Assembly (NCBI GenBank): GCA_037447605.1
Contig: CM074806.1
Span: forward strand, 3,968,001-4,032,000
Direction of reading: 5' to 3'
DNA: 64,000 nucleotides
Source of the DNA: Zygnema circumcarinatum SAG 698-1b
Lineage: Eukaryota > Plantae > Zygnematophyceae
The translations under genes were made by a program, and so were the position numbers. The notes under the pieces are model-generated. The model was not told the DNA's origin. It did no database searches and worked only from the letters and a program-made list of their open reading frames with translations. Positions 10,803-23,767 of this stretch are shown here, piece by piece (position 1 is the first letter of the stretch; each line of letters opens with the position of its first letter).

Positions 10803-13800
10803 ATGGCGAGGGTGGAGCTCTCCTTCCTCCTCTCTCCATATTACATCCTTCACACAATGGCTCTCTCATCTTGGCTACTGGTCCGCTTGCTTGTCCTCCG
10901 TGGAGGGTCTCCTTCCATTCAGGAAGCCATGGCTAGATGGGTATGCACCTCACCCTCTCCTCCTCCCCCTCTCGCTCTATCACACCCCGCCTCCCCGCCT
11001 GCATCCTCCTTTCTCACCCGCCTTCCGTCCTGCCTCTTCCTCCCTCCCCTCTCGCTCACGCCCTCCCCCTCTCACCCCCCTCCCCCCCTGCCTCTCCATT
11101 GGCGAAGATAGTCCATTCCCTCTCTCTTCTCTCCCTCTTTCACCCCCCACCCTCCTCCTGTCCTGCATTCTTCCCCCTCTCTGTCCCCACCGCCTCCTGC
11201 CTCCCCTCCCCGCCCTCCTTCCCCCTTCCTGCCCGCCCCCTCCCTTCCCTTCCGATCCCCCTCCCTCCCTCTCTCCCTTCCTCACCTCAACAATGGCGGT
11301 TGTCATTGCAGGAGTGGCAGACAGCAATTGCATTTTTTATGACAACTGCTCTGAAGGTCAGTAGCTCCTCTTGAGAGGTCTTTTCCCATTTGACAGGTAG
11401 AAAAGGATGCATGTTTGCCAAAAGGCCTTGCCGTGGGGTATCGCTTTGTCGGGACATTTCAGCGTGTGTTAAAAAGGGAATTTCAAAACAGCATCAAGTT
11501 GTAGAAGCCCCGGTTTTTGCAGATGGAGTTGTAGAAGCTTCCGGAAGCTCAGAGGGAACCTTGAATGGGTTGACAACAGCTGTGGCAGTCTCCAACTGTG
11601 GAAGCATTTCTTGGGAGGACATTTCTGTACGGGCAGGTATGAGGGATCTCTTTCAAACAATCATTATCTAGCTGTACCGACAATCTTTATGGGCAAAGCT
11701 GGGGTTTGAGGGCAAAATTTTTGGAAATAGAAATTGAAATGATTTTGCTATAATTCACTTCAAATGTTTTTAAGTTTAAGTGAGTTTTACTTGGGAAGAG
11801 GGCTCTCAAGGGCTTAATACATATGATTTTTTCTTGAGGATAAGGTGTCCTTAATGAGCGGAGCGGATAACCTGCTATGGCGGTAATAAAAATGGAACGA
11901 GCAAGAATAGTACATGAAGGATAGCCACACGTATATGTATGTATGGATATTAACTCTTACTGAGTTGCGTTTTTTTGTCGTTTCTTTTACGGAAAAAAAA
12001 TCCAGCTTGTCGTATTGCTGCTGACTTGGACGCTGGACGTGCGCCTCTTCGCGTGGTACTGTGTACTATTTGCAGGTGCTTTGCTCTTCTCCTCGCTCTT
12101 GTCAACCACTGCTCGTCAGAGCGTCATCACTCTTTAGCTCTCTTGCTCATTGCTCCCGTCCACCAGTTTTCACTCGTCCCCACGTCCTTTCCTATGCCTC
12201 CCTTTCTCTTCCGATTCCTGTCCCTTTTCCTTTCTCTCTCCCTCTCTATCCGTCCCCTTTCATCCCCTCCCTCAGTCGGCTCACTCGGCCCTCCTCTCTC
12301 CTCGTTTTTATTGTGTGCTGGTTTACGCCAGACCTTTAGCGCTAGAGTGAAAAATCTAACATTTGGTGCCTCAACAACAGAGTTGCTTGGCCAGGATAGG
12401 GTCGAGGACTTTATTTAGGGCTTGCATATAAATTTCTTTTGGATGCAAACTCCACATATGTAGGCTTCTGCTGAGGGAGCTAGACCACTTTTTGTAGCAA
12501 ATTATGGGCTGGAAATTCACTCTCATGCTGCATTTTGTCGTGGAGGGGACCTATGCGGACAGTTTTATTCTTTATGTGTCCACAACCGATGTACAGTGGC
12601 CCAGGTGAGCTCGTCTTTCTGAACTAAGGGGTTTCAGGTCGTTTGAAGACGATGCATGTACAACGCAACTTCATATAAAGCAATCTCTGTATGCTGCCGT
12701 CCTGCTGTCAAAAGAATACGCTTCAAAGGAAAGAAGGAAAGCATGTATGAATCATTCAGCTCCGCATCATTTTGTAATGGTGGAAGAGTTGAAAAGTATA
12801 AATGATGCCAAAGTAGGTGGCGATGTTGATGATTCTTAGAACGGGCTGCAGCTGAGTGACATGGGGGGGAGGGAAGTATTGCAGAAGAGGTGGTGCATGT
12901 GCTGACTCAGCGATCGTTGGAGGAGATAATTACAAATGGAGGGAAAGGAACCACATGGCTTGTATGTGGCCTTCTGCAGGAGCTGCTTGCTGTTTTCTGG
13001 CCTTCTATTTTTTTTCTTGTGTTCCTTTTCCCATTTAGGATGGTCTGCCTTTAGTTGGTGCAAGTTCTCAATTGTGTTCCTGCTTCCATTTCTGGATGCT
13101 GGAGTGTATGGACATCTATTGTTCAGTTCTGACGCCTTTTTGCTCTTTGTGCTGGCTGGGCCTAAGGGCAGGTGTTCATCTACGCCCACTGGTCTCCTCA
13201 ATGCGCACAGCTCTCCCGCATCTTCTCCGACCTCTCTGTGCGGTGCCACTTTCTTCTCCTTTCCTCCCACTTTGGGTCTCTCCCCATTGCCTGGAAACAG
13301 TTCATGTGGACTCTATGGCTGAAAATGTCACGAACAATAACAGGGCCAATTCGTATGTTTTGCATGTGTTCTTGTGAGCGCAGGTACTCCCATTCTGCTC
13401 TCAAATTTGGGCAGGTTGATGTCGGTCGATGGCCCGGTGTAGCGCTCTTGTGCGGAGTGGACACCAGCTGTAGGCTTCTCTCCTCTTTCCTTTGCATCAC
13501 CTGCCATTTCTTTACGCCCCGACCTGCCCTCTACGTGAGAGATGACAATGTATCGAGTTGATAGTTGAAGGTGGGTTTGGATGAAGCAGTGTTCACATCG
13601 AGTCTGCCAACTTTCATCCTTTTAGAGGACGGAGAGGAGGCGGCTCGGCTGCCTCTCCTCGCCAAGGATGGGACTACGAAGGCCGCCGATTTCTCGCAGG
13701 TGGGCATTCACCGCCCCTATTCCACGGATGGAATTCTGATTTTTTCTTTATTCTTCATTTCTCCTTTGTGCTTTTTGTCAAGAACCTGAACAGCCTTTTC

Positions 13801-14127
13801 GGGTTGCCCCTCTAGTGTTCGTATTGCTTGGATCATTCTTGAAAGCGAGTGGGAGGTCGAAAGGCAAGCGGAGATTTATAGTGAATATGTCTTTAAGAAT
13901 GCTAACCTTAACAAAGTCGTACTTACCGGACCTACGGTGAATGCTAACTTATTACAAAGTCATGTTAAACATGCGTGCGATTGGAGGCCATATTGCAGAG
14001 CTCGATGGCGCGCGTGTTTGAACTGGACATGCGGCGCGTGAAGAGCCGTTCTCGGTCAGGAGGGCCCCCGAGGCGCAGGGATGCATTGAAGGGGAACTCA
14101 CAGTCGCACAGGAACAGATATTGGTAG
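10803..14127 (+). CDS. TMX2: Thioredoxin-related transmembrane protein 2-like, multi-exon
   Basis: Exons encode SPYYILH..LLVR, EWQTAIAFFMTTALK, PQPMYSGP, SLEEIITNGGKGTTWL, YAHWSPQC (SxxC site), KFGQVDVGRWP, LPTFILLEDGEEAARLP and ARVFELD..YW*. Confidence 0.88.
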
Positions 14128-14587
14128 CTTTGTTATTCAAGCTTTGGAATTCAAAGAAAGAAACTGGAAGCTTTACGGTCATGAATGCGATATTCGTGCT
14201 TTGTGAATGTTCTCGGTCATGATGCGCCATGTTCTTCACATTCTGTAAGGTTTTCAACTGATGTTCTCGAAAAAGGTTCGACATGAGAGCCCTAAATGAA
14301 AATATATCCCTTAGTGACATTTATGTAATTGTTGTTTCAATCCAGCCAATTTTTTTCATTCATGGGCTCAACTTCTCCAGTTCCCAGTGCCTCTTAAGCC
14401 ATGACACAACATCTTCCAATCTGCTGACAATTTGCTGACATTAAGAAAAAATGCAATTTTTCTCCCTTCTGCATCTGGTGTGGCGAAACAAAAGCTCACA
14501 AAACTTGGCTCTCCATGATCTCCATCCCTACAAAGTGCTTCATCTCATCTGAATAGTGACTGCGCGCCTCAAAGCCGCATGCATCCC

Positions 14588-17500
14588 TCAGCCGACATAC
14601 CCCAAGTAATGGAGCACCACGGCGAGCAGCAGAACGAGCACGGCAAGGAGCAGCAGAGGCTGCCGTAAGAGCCAGTCCTTGGCCTTCCCCGCAACTTCCT
14701 TTGCGCGGTTGGCGCGCTCCGCCCACTTCATCTGCGCACCCAACCAGCCAACCATGTACACCTTCACTTCTCCAATTCACTTTTTGATTGTGCACGAGAG
14801 AGAGAGAGAGACGATCCTCACTCTTGAATGAAAGACAAGAAGGGTTCTGGCGTAATGCCAACACATGCGAAGCACCATTCCAGCAGAAAGGTACTCAGGT
14901 ACGGAGGCTTACCATGGCCGTCATCTGCTCGGGAGTGAGCTGCGCCATGGCCTCCTGCGCTTTTCTCGCCTGCTCAGCAGACATCTTGAAGCCGGCTTTC
15001 TCACTCATCTCTGCCATCGTCTCCGGACTCATCCCCTTCATCATCTCCGTCATCATCTGGCAAACGACACTAACCGAATCAGTCGTGCGAATCAACAAGT
15101 TGCGATTACACCCATATAAATGAGATACAGAAAGAGGCACGAAGTTCTCTTATAATTTTCTTTTCACAGAAACTGGCCAAGAGATGTGCATAGTTCAGAC
15201 ACCTGCACTGTCGAGCACCTACCTGCTCTGGACGTGCTAGTCTTTGAGAGAATGTTAGAACAGGATTCAGAAGATGGTCAGCCAAGATTGATTCCGACTA
15301 CGTGCAAGATAAATAGATTCACATAGCCACACACATTCAATTTCCAAGACCACTTTAAACCCAGCTAATAAGCTCTCGAATCGAAACTCATAACATCTCC
15401 GACCGACATACGGTCCTCAGCAAACCCCACTATACATACCTTCATCATTTCAGGATTCTTCATTTGCTCTTGCATCTGTCGTTGCATTTCAGGTGTCATA
15501 GACGGCAGCCCTCCTGGCCCGGCACCCAAGTCTGAAAAGTCTCCTCCCAGCCTTTGGGAATTCCTTACATCCTCCTCTCTACCCCGCATCAACGTATCCT
15601 TGGTCCCTCTACTGCCTGTAATGGTTTCAGTCACAGGAGTTCCACTTCCAGTAGCTTCTTGCAGGACTGCTGCAGGTGCATGGGAAGGACTCGAGGATGC
15701 GAAACTATCCCTACCTACTCCTGGATGCATTGTCCGTGCCATCCTCGTATACCTTTCAAGCTCTTCAGGGGCCATATTCTTCATCATCTGGCTAGCTGTC
15801 CGAGCCATTTCAGGAGACACAGCTCCTCCAGAGAGCGCTGCCAAAGTCTCAGGGTCTACATTTCCCATCATAGCTTGCATTTGCCTGCAGAGGAGCCACC
15901 CAAGTGCTCATCATTCCGGCGGGACACTCATATGCGTAATATGTCATATCCATTTCACTAGATAGTGCAATCACAAGGAGACAAGGGAACACGGAGGACA
16001 GTCAGCTTCAGCTTCGCCAAGGCGTTAGCCATACTCTTAATTATTCATTGTCTTCAAAGGGTTCCTCACCAAACATGATTCAAGAGAGACCCACCTAATC
16101 AGATCTGGATTCTTTTGCAGAGCCTCCATCTGCATTTGCCACATCCCATCATCCATTGACCCAAAAGGAGATCGACCTGGAAAAGGTGACGAAGCATTGG
16201 ACGCGCCTGAGAAACTGTCCATACTTTCGCTATTGTTGCTAAGTTGAGCCTCCTCTTCAGTGATGTCTTCGATGATCAATCCTGCAATCAGATGGACAGG
16301 TCAAAAAAATCGATCACATATTCCATTTTGTCACTCTCAACACTTGAGGTGTTCAGCTCCTCCGCTAATAACTTTCCTCTAATCTCTACAACTGTTCCAT
16401 ACCAAAAACACTGATTCAAACTGCCACATACCCCTTGCATTTCACAGACAAGCCTTCTCCTACATACTCGCTGCATGATGATGATGCAAAGTTTGACTTC
16501 GTCTAAGGCCCAATACAGGGCGCAATTGGGAAGGTCCAACGACTTACCGTCTGAAGACTGAATCACCTTCACGTCATCCTCTGTGTCGCCCTTCTCCTGA
16601 AGTTGAATGCGTGCATCCCTACCCTCCAAGAAGATTATAGTTGTTAGTAGAGGGCTAATCAGTTCCTTGTGCTTCACCATCGGAATTTGCCCACTCTGCC
16701 TCCACCAAAAGGTGATAAACCGAAGATTCAGCAACTTCATTTCAATAACAATCACACAGCCATCCCATAAGACTCTATCTCTGCAGAAACGAACTAGGAA
16801 AACCTTGGTGATCAAGCTCAAGTCAGTGACTTCCCGCTTCAGAAACGATTCACCTTCTATTTCTTAGGCCCAAGAGGTGCCACCAGTCCCATAGTCATTC
16901 ACACATTCTGATTCAATACTGTGATGGATAATCCCTTTCATTTGAATACAACCAACATGGCCTTACACATGCTAATGGACATTGGCCATATTGTCACTAC
17001 CACATGAGAAACAGGGAGCATTCCAAAATCAAGAGCTGGCTGTGTACTTATCATGTTTCCGCCAAAATTCACTTTAAAAACCCTGGGCGTACCTTAACAC
17101 TGAGGCTAACGTTTCATCATCAGGTGAGAGGTCAGCCGCTCTTTTTAGATCTGCAACTGCTGCCTGCAGCATGCACCAGAAAAATCACAGAGCATAGGTC
17201 GGAAGTAGGATATACTGCAAATTCCACGCACAAAAGGAAGCATTGTAAACTAGGTTCGACAACCCCCTCGTTCTCCAATAATAGTATGGAGGTACTACAG
17301 ACTATTTAAGGGCCGACCTGACGTGTATAGCGAAAAGAATTAAAGTTAGGCGTACAAATCAAGGCATAAGTTCAACTGGATACCCAGCCAGATACTCATA
17401 GAAGGATAATAGGTGGTGCAGTTGTAGTCAAGGGCTTTCGAGCGCACCTCACCTTCAAGTTCCCCTGCTCCTTGTAAGCTTGCCCTCTTCTGTACAGTGC

Positions 17501-20008
17501 CTTTACATTGTTTGAGTCCTCCTTAAGCACCTGCACAAGTGCCAGGTTTGGTTCGGATAACCAACACTTGAAATGTGCATTGAATCCAGATATGGCTACT
17601 ATAGACTCCCTATATGCACCAGAAAGGAGCAGCTCTAATCCTACTTGAACTGAAAAACTCGACTATAATCTCATAGGAGGTAAGATGATGCTTTTGGCCT
17701 AATGCAAGATCACCCGACCACATACCACTCCTTGGGTGTATGTTGGTGCTCATGCAGTAAACGATCAAAACCACAATGTGCAGTGCTCCTAACAGAGCTA
17801 CAAATGGTCAGAATTGGCCTGATATCATTATATCCCACCTCTGAGCCGTGCGTCACAACCTCGTCGTAATGTTTAGTCTTCAAATAGCATGACATAAGGT
17901 TCACAAGACACGCCCGACGAAGGGCAATGGATTCTGATGAAACATGGCCTGCCAGATTCGTTTTTGCCTGCATCAAGCGTCAGACAAAGCATGGAGCAAA
18001 AGACGATGAGCTGCATCATGGAACTTATTGGACTCACACCGCTAATGCCTTTGTTATCCACGAACAAAGGAGCCCTTATCCCTTACGCAGGCAAACTGAA
18101 CAACTAATAAGACTTGCAAGAGCTACCTTTCCATAGAAAAAACAGTTACATTTGTTGCAACTCTCCATCACCATTCACATTCCGGCTGAGACCCCACAAC
18201 GAAGACAGCGGATGAGACAAATGAATGACTAGCATGCAAGGAATGCAAAAGGATGGACGTCATCAACATACTCGTAAATACTTCTCCGCTGCTTCACCGT
18301 ACTTCCCATCACCATGCAACTGGTTTCCCTGCAGCCACCAAAATTGCTCAGGAATTTTTAGCGCTTACAAACTTGAAAATGGAAGCTCCTTCTGTTTCAA
18401 CATCAGGACACAACCACGCACCCACGAAGTAAACGGCGAGATTTTATTGAGGACTAACTCTTCCTTACTTAACCAATCTTTGCGATGTGTTTGCCACATT
18501 GCGGGACTCAATAACTTTTCAGCCCTTCTCAAAAATCAATCACTATTAAACTATCAAAAAAGCGAACAAATCAAATTATAGTCGGTAACTATTCAATGCC
18601 TACATTTAACTTCCCAATTCTCTCAATACAGAATAGTACAAGTCTATTCAAGGCTAGACTAAATAGTTCTGCTAGTCTATTATTCTATTCCCTGCTTTTA
18701 AACCTGGCACAGCTGTTAAACCTTCACGGTCTCCAAACGTTGGCCAGGCTACATTAGCTCACTCAAGCAGGAATAAGTTTCAATAGTTAAGATTCAAGGC
18801 CTCAGGTAAGCTCCCCCCACTGCTTGAAAGTTTTCAGTTCACCAAAAACGAGGCATCATGTAAACAAAGACAAGCATTTTCTCACCGCTATTTCTGATTT
18901 TCACCTGATTTTTTAGAGAAGCAGCTGCATTGTACTCATATTGCCGCCTTTGATTCATTACCCCGGCTGTTCCGGGCCCCATCTGAGAGCTCATTTGAGC
19001 AATCTGCTCGGGAGAAAGATTCTTCATTTGCTCGGCTGCGAGCTTCAAGTCTTCAGGTCTCATGTTCTTCATGTTCTCCATGGCTACTCGCATCATTTCC
19101 GGTGTCATCATCTGTCAAGAAAGCCATAACGACGACATTTATCAAACTTCTAGATTCCTCGTGACTTTCACATAAGCAAAGAGCTGAATGAAGCTATGTC
19201 TACTTGATGAAGAAATTCATGCAGGAAAGGATGCAAGAATAGTAAGTATCTGATGGCTTCGAGCAGGAGACTTATATCAGCCTTGAATGCAAAGACCTGA
19301 GAAACTCTTTCCAAAATAAGGCTCCTTATAGAAAGATGCCTTATTTGATTTTCAGCCTTTGCAGTATAGCATAATGATATCTGAGTGGGATATTAGAGAT
19401 AAATATTGAGTATCTGTGGATTGATACGCTGTTCGGATCGTTGAAAACGACCTGGACTTGAACTTCATGCTAAGCCACGTTTGTTTGTATTCTGTTTTCA
19501 TGATATTCTTCGTTTCTCCTTTTTCGCACCATGCATAAGTAGCTATGTGCACCGACTACTTCGTGGTTTTGTGCTTATACGACAAGGGTAGTGCAGTCAC
19601 ATTCTAACGTTTTCATAATTCGTACTTCATGTTGCGTATCTATCAGCTAGCTTTATCTGATATGTGTTTTTTACTGGTTGTATTGTGGCAGTGAAAAGTA
19701 TGACGTAAGCTACTTTTTGGAAACGTCCTGAGCTGCATGGGGTGGTCTCTGGATGCAAGGAATAAAACCAAATTTCCGGAAGCCAACAAAATATTGCCGG
19801 GGGTATCCATTATAAATAGGCAGAAAATGCCATCAGCACTAATAGCGCTATACAACTCGATGTCAAAACAACTGGAAAACTGGTCAAAACAAGTAACAAG
19901 AGTAGAAATGAGAATCATAAAATTAACCACCTGCTGCATTCTCTGTATGTCCTCTGGTCGCATTCTTTTCATGTGCTCCTGTGCGGCTCGGATCATCTCT
20001 GGATCCAT
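14588..20008 (-). CDS. OM61: Outer envelope protein 61-like TPR co-chaperone receptor, multi-exon
   Basis: N-terminus MDPEMIRAAQEHMKRMRPEDIQRMQQ, MKNMRPEDLKLAAEQMK, TPR segment NLMSCYLKTKHYDEVVTHGSE, Met-rich STI1-like repeats, C-terminal tail anchor KAKDWLLRQPLLLLAVLVLLLAVVLHYLGYVG*. Confidence 0.92.
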
Positions 20009-20379
20009 GGCTGCTTCCAAATAGATACGTTGCAAGATAACCGCCAAATGGAAGCCGAACGGGGAGCCCAATCCACCTGAATTATATCAAAATTATATCT
20101 AATTTCCGCGTTTCTGATGCTCCTTCCAGAATTCAGAACAAATCATGCAAGAAATCAGATGATGATGATGATCTGCAGATGTCTTCCTGATCTTTCACAC
20201 CCGCGAAGTTCAGAATCACAAAAATAAGCGGAGGAGGCGGCTTCATGTTGAGCAGTCCGCTGTGACACGAGCCGTCAAACTGGAGCATGGAGCCGCCCGC
20301 CCTCGTCTCAAAATGCCGTTGGACCACCCACGCGCCGCGGAAGCATCTCCGCCGTCAGATTCGCGCTGAAGAAAGGGCG

Positions 20380-20520
20380 TCTCCTCGCCGTTGGATGGTT
20401 GCAAGCCCAGTGGGCCGTTGTTGGATCATGCATGTTAGACAAAGAAACGATTGCAGGAGATGTCTCTGCACCGTTGGATATTCCCTCTCTCTCTTTATAT
20501 GTCTCTCCTGTGTTGGCTCT
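20380..20520. promoter_or_regulatory. Promoter region upstream of OM61 with MSA-like CCGTTGGAT motifs and a plus-strand pyrimidine patch
   Basis: GCCGTTGGAT (~20386), ACCGTTGGAT (~20470), GCCCA site-II-like motif, and CT-rich tract ctctctctctttatatgtctctcc. Confidence 0.5.
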
Positions 20521-20811
20521 CCCCTCACAAACTTTTGGACGCTTTTGGAGAGCAGCTCTTCTATATTCACTTCAATATCCAAACAGCAGGAAAGAGGGTC
20601 CAAGAAAACTCATTTGGGATTTCAAAATGAAACGCATTTGAGAGAGTCCTTCAAACTTCAAAGAGATAGTCATTTTTTCTGCACAGTCGATGTACAACAA
20701 TTCCTCGCGGATACGACGCACACAGTCAGATCCCTCCCCCTTCTACATGTACAGAGAAGCAACTCCAACCAGAGCTTCACAAAGCAATGTCATGGCTTCT
20801 CTTTCGTTCCT

Positions 20812-20903
20812 AAGTCATTTGTGACTGGCTCCCCTTGGTTCTTCTACATGTAACTTTTGACCATGTACATTTGATGGAATCGCCATCGTGAGATCAACGC
20901 CAA
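20812..20903 (+). other. Conserved dispersed element, copy 2 (only the 3' part is recognisable)
   Basis: CCATGTACATTTGATGG at 20861-20877, TCGCCATCGTGAGATCAA from 20880, and an upstream block TTTGTGACT..TGGTTC. Confidence 0.8.
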
Positions 20904-21355
20904 ATGTCAAGGCTTCACCGAACCCTGAAGGCACTACACCAACCCAGGGCGCCTCTCAGAGCTTTGATGCCCTTCCCAGCCAGGTTTAAAATGTTCTATT
21001 CCTACAGCTACGTGGCCAATAGGCCGCCCCTCTCTACCATTCCAAGCCTGCACTCGGCCGACCGCCCTGCAATGTGGAGAGAAACATCCACGGTTGGCCG
21101 CCCTGAGCGAGGGCAGAACATCGCAAGTCATGGTGTCGAACCACGAGTCTCCAGATGGGAGAATTCTCCACTGGTCCTTATTCTTCCTAGCACTATAAAC
21201 ATCTGTATACAAACGAAAGCCATAATTGAGATGTCCATCTCCATCGTCCAGCGATGCAAAGTACATCGAGGATAATCATTGCTTCTCACTCCAACCACCA
21301 CCCAGCTGCTGAACTTGCCGCACGAGCTTCAGGAGCCATACAATAGGCCTCGTGG

Positions 21356-23767
21356 TCAAAGGCTTTCGGCAAACACCATCACCTGCATCAGATGACACAA
21401 ATGACGCTTGGTAAGGTCCTGCAAGCATCAGTTACCACGCATGCGGGGAGTAGAGTTGAATGTAAATCACAAACTATGAGAGATACGACCATTCACTCGC
21501 TCCGAGTATTCTTTCTGAAAAGGTTTTCCGGCTTTTCCATATGCCATCCAATCTGCAGAGGATAGAGTCAAATCCATGCATCACAACAATTTCGCAATAA
21601 CAGTCCCACATTGATGCCATGGCACTGATTCTGTTGATTACAGGACAAGAATCTTCATCCCACGCAGTATTGAACACAGAAAGCTTCCATCAACTGTAAT
21701 CCTGCCAGACAGGCTTCAAAGGCACCTTATTACAAACAGGGCAGTGCTTGCTACGTTCCATCCATTCATAAATGCAGCTGAGGTGATAGTGGTGGCCGCA
21801 GTCAGTGCTGATCTTTGGATTCTCCTCAGTGTAGCCTGCGGAAAAGGAAGAAGGGAAAGAGGAGGGAAAAACTGGCGAAAATGAGTAGATTAACTAAGCA
21901 AAGCGTGGAAATTTGAAAATTAAAGGTTGGAATTGAGCATGAGCTGGAGCTGATGCCTGAGTACACGCATACATGTCTCGGTCAGACTTCAAGCCCAAGC
22001 GTCACGAGGAAGGTTGACATAGAGACAAAACAAAACTCGAGACAGTATATTCACAGTTGCTCCTGTCGCAAGTTTGTACACACAAACACACTGTACCACT
22101 CAATCTTTACTAGTGCATGAAGTGTAAAGAGGAATGGCACTGTGATTCAGGCACTGTGTGCCTAGAAATTCTTCACTGGCCTAACAAACATCGAAACCGA
22201 GAATGACCAAATCCTTACCATCAAGACAAGTGGGGCAGCAGTCCTCATCAGTAAATGACATGAATGAGTCCACCTTCGGAATCCCCGTCTTGGAGCCCAC
22301 GTGGCGCAGATGCGGAGACTCGGGCCAATAGCTCCCCCCAGGTTCCATGCTCTCAGTTTCATCGCGAGCAGTTCCTCCTCGCCGTTGCAGCGCTGTCATG
22401 GCTTCTCCAGATTCACTGCACAAGCCAATTCAGAGCCACTTGAAGGCAGGGCAGAAGTATACAGTGTCCGATTGTCACATTGATCCAACTGCAGCATACC
22501 AGCAAGCTCAAAATAGAGATCTCTCAAGCACAAAACTTACCTGTTACGACGAAGAGGCTCTGTTTCACTAGCCAGATATCCAATACTTCCGCCTTTATCG
22601 CGTCGTGAAAGGCCCTCCCTTCGAGTCACGTATCGAGAATTGGAATCATAAGGAAGGGGCCGAGGGAGCGTCCGGAACGCGTCAGAAATACTGTCAATGG
22701 GGGCAGGCTGCAGGCCTGGGGATGGGAGAGGAGACAATGGGGACAGGCTTGGGAGGGAGGAGATGGGGGGCTCCCGTCCGTCGGATTGTCCGGAAAGTAC
22801 AGCATACTGCAACACGGAACAGGGCACGGTTTGTTGAGAAGGTTTAGCAGGTCACAAGTCGAACTCGATTAAGAGGCCAAGCCTCATACGAGACACTGAA
22901 TACACTCTGCGAACTTTCACTTAAGTAGATGATTCAAATGGGATGGGAAAGGGCTGTACTAACTAGAGCATACAGGTTTTCAAATGAGGGACGGATTAGG
23001 AAGTTTATGCAGGCTATTCAAACATATTAGCATGCATGGCTGCTATCAAAATAGTCGGGGTGCTAAGAGCAGAAAGCTTTTCTAAAACCATTATCTCAGC
23101 CAGAGTTATCAACTGAAGCTTCCACACACATTTCAAAAAGGAACGAATCGTATCAAGAGGCCAACGTAGCCTTTCTCGCAATTGTGAAAAAGAAAAAAAT
23201 AGCCAACTGCGCACTTGCACGCAATCATCTAGCAGAATGACTATGGCTGTTAATGCTTGCATAAGCGGCCAAACACAGGAGCTAGTAGCTGGGCGGAAGC
23301 ATTAATGACCTACAGGAAATGCAAAGCCACTAGACTCAATCATAGATAATAATGACCATCCCTCTCACCAATGATTGCTCTCAGAAACCATGTATCCACT
23401 GCACGGTCTAGCATCCACATTACGCAAGACAGAAAAAACAATCGACCAGAGTCAAAACTGTCAACCGGATATAGAGAACTTTCAAACAATCATCGCCGGT
23501 GAGAAAGCACCATCTGTCCCAACCTCCATGTCCTATCATGCGAAAAACAGTGACTGAGAGCTATTGAACGAAACACAGCCCCTCAATCAAAATCCAGCGA
23601 TGTTCGCCAACGACAGTCATAGGGGCAATTTAGAATCGTACCAAGCGAAGAAACCATCGCATACAACAACGCAAGCAGTAACAGTGCTGGAAGTGGGGCC
23701 CTCCTGGGAATCCTGCCATCTCCTCCAGCTCCTCGGGCCGCGGGCAGCATGAGCAGAGGCCCCCCAT
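21356..23767 (-). CDS. RING-H2 E3 ubiquitin ligase, At3g02290/RNF141-like, probably N-myristoylated/palmitoylated
   Basis: MGGLCSC start, CYCLRCC, FRTLPRPLPYD, EDCCPTCLD/GYTEENPKISTDCGHHYHLSCIYEWMERSKHCPVC, last exon VMVFAESL*. Confidence 0.92.
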
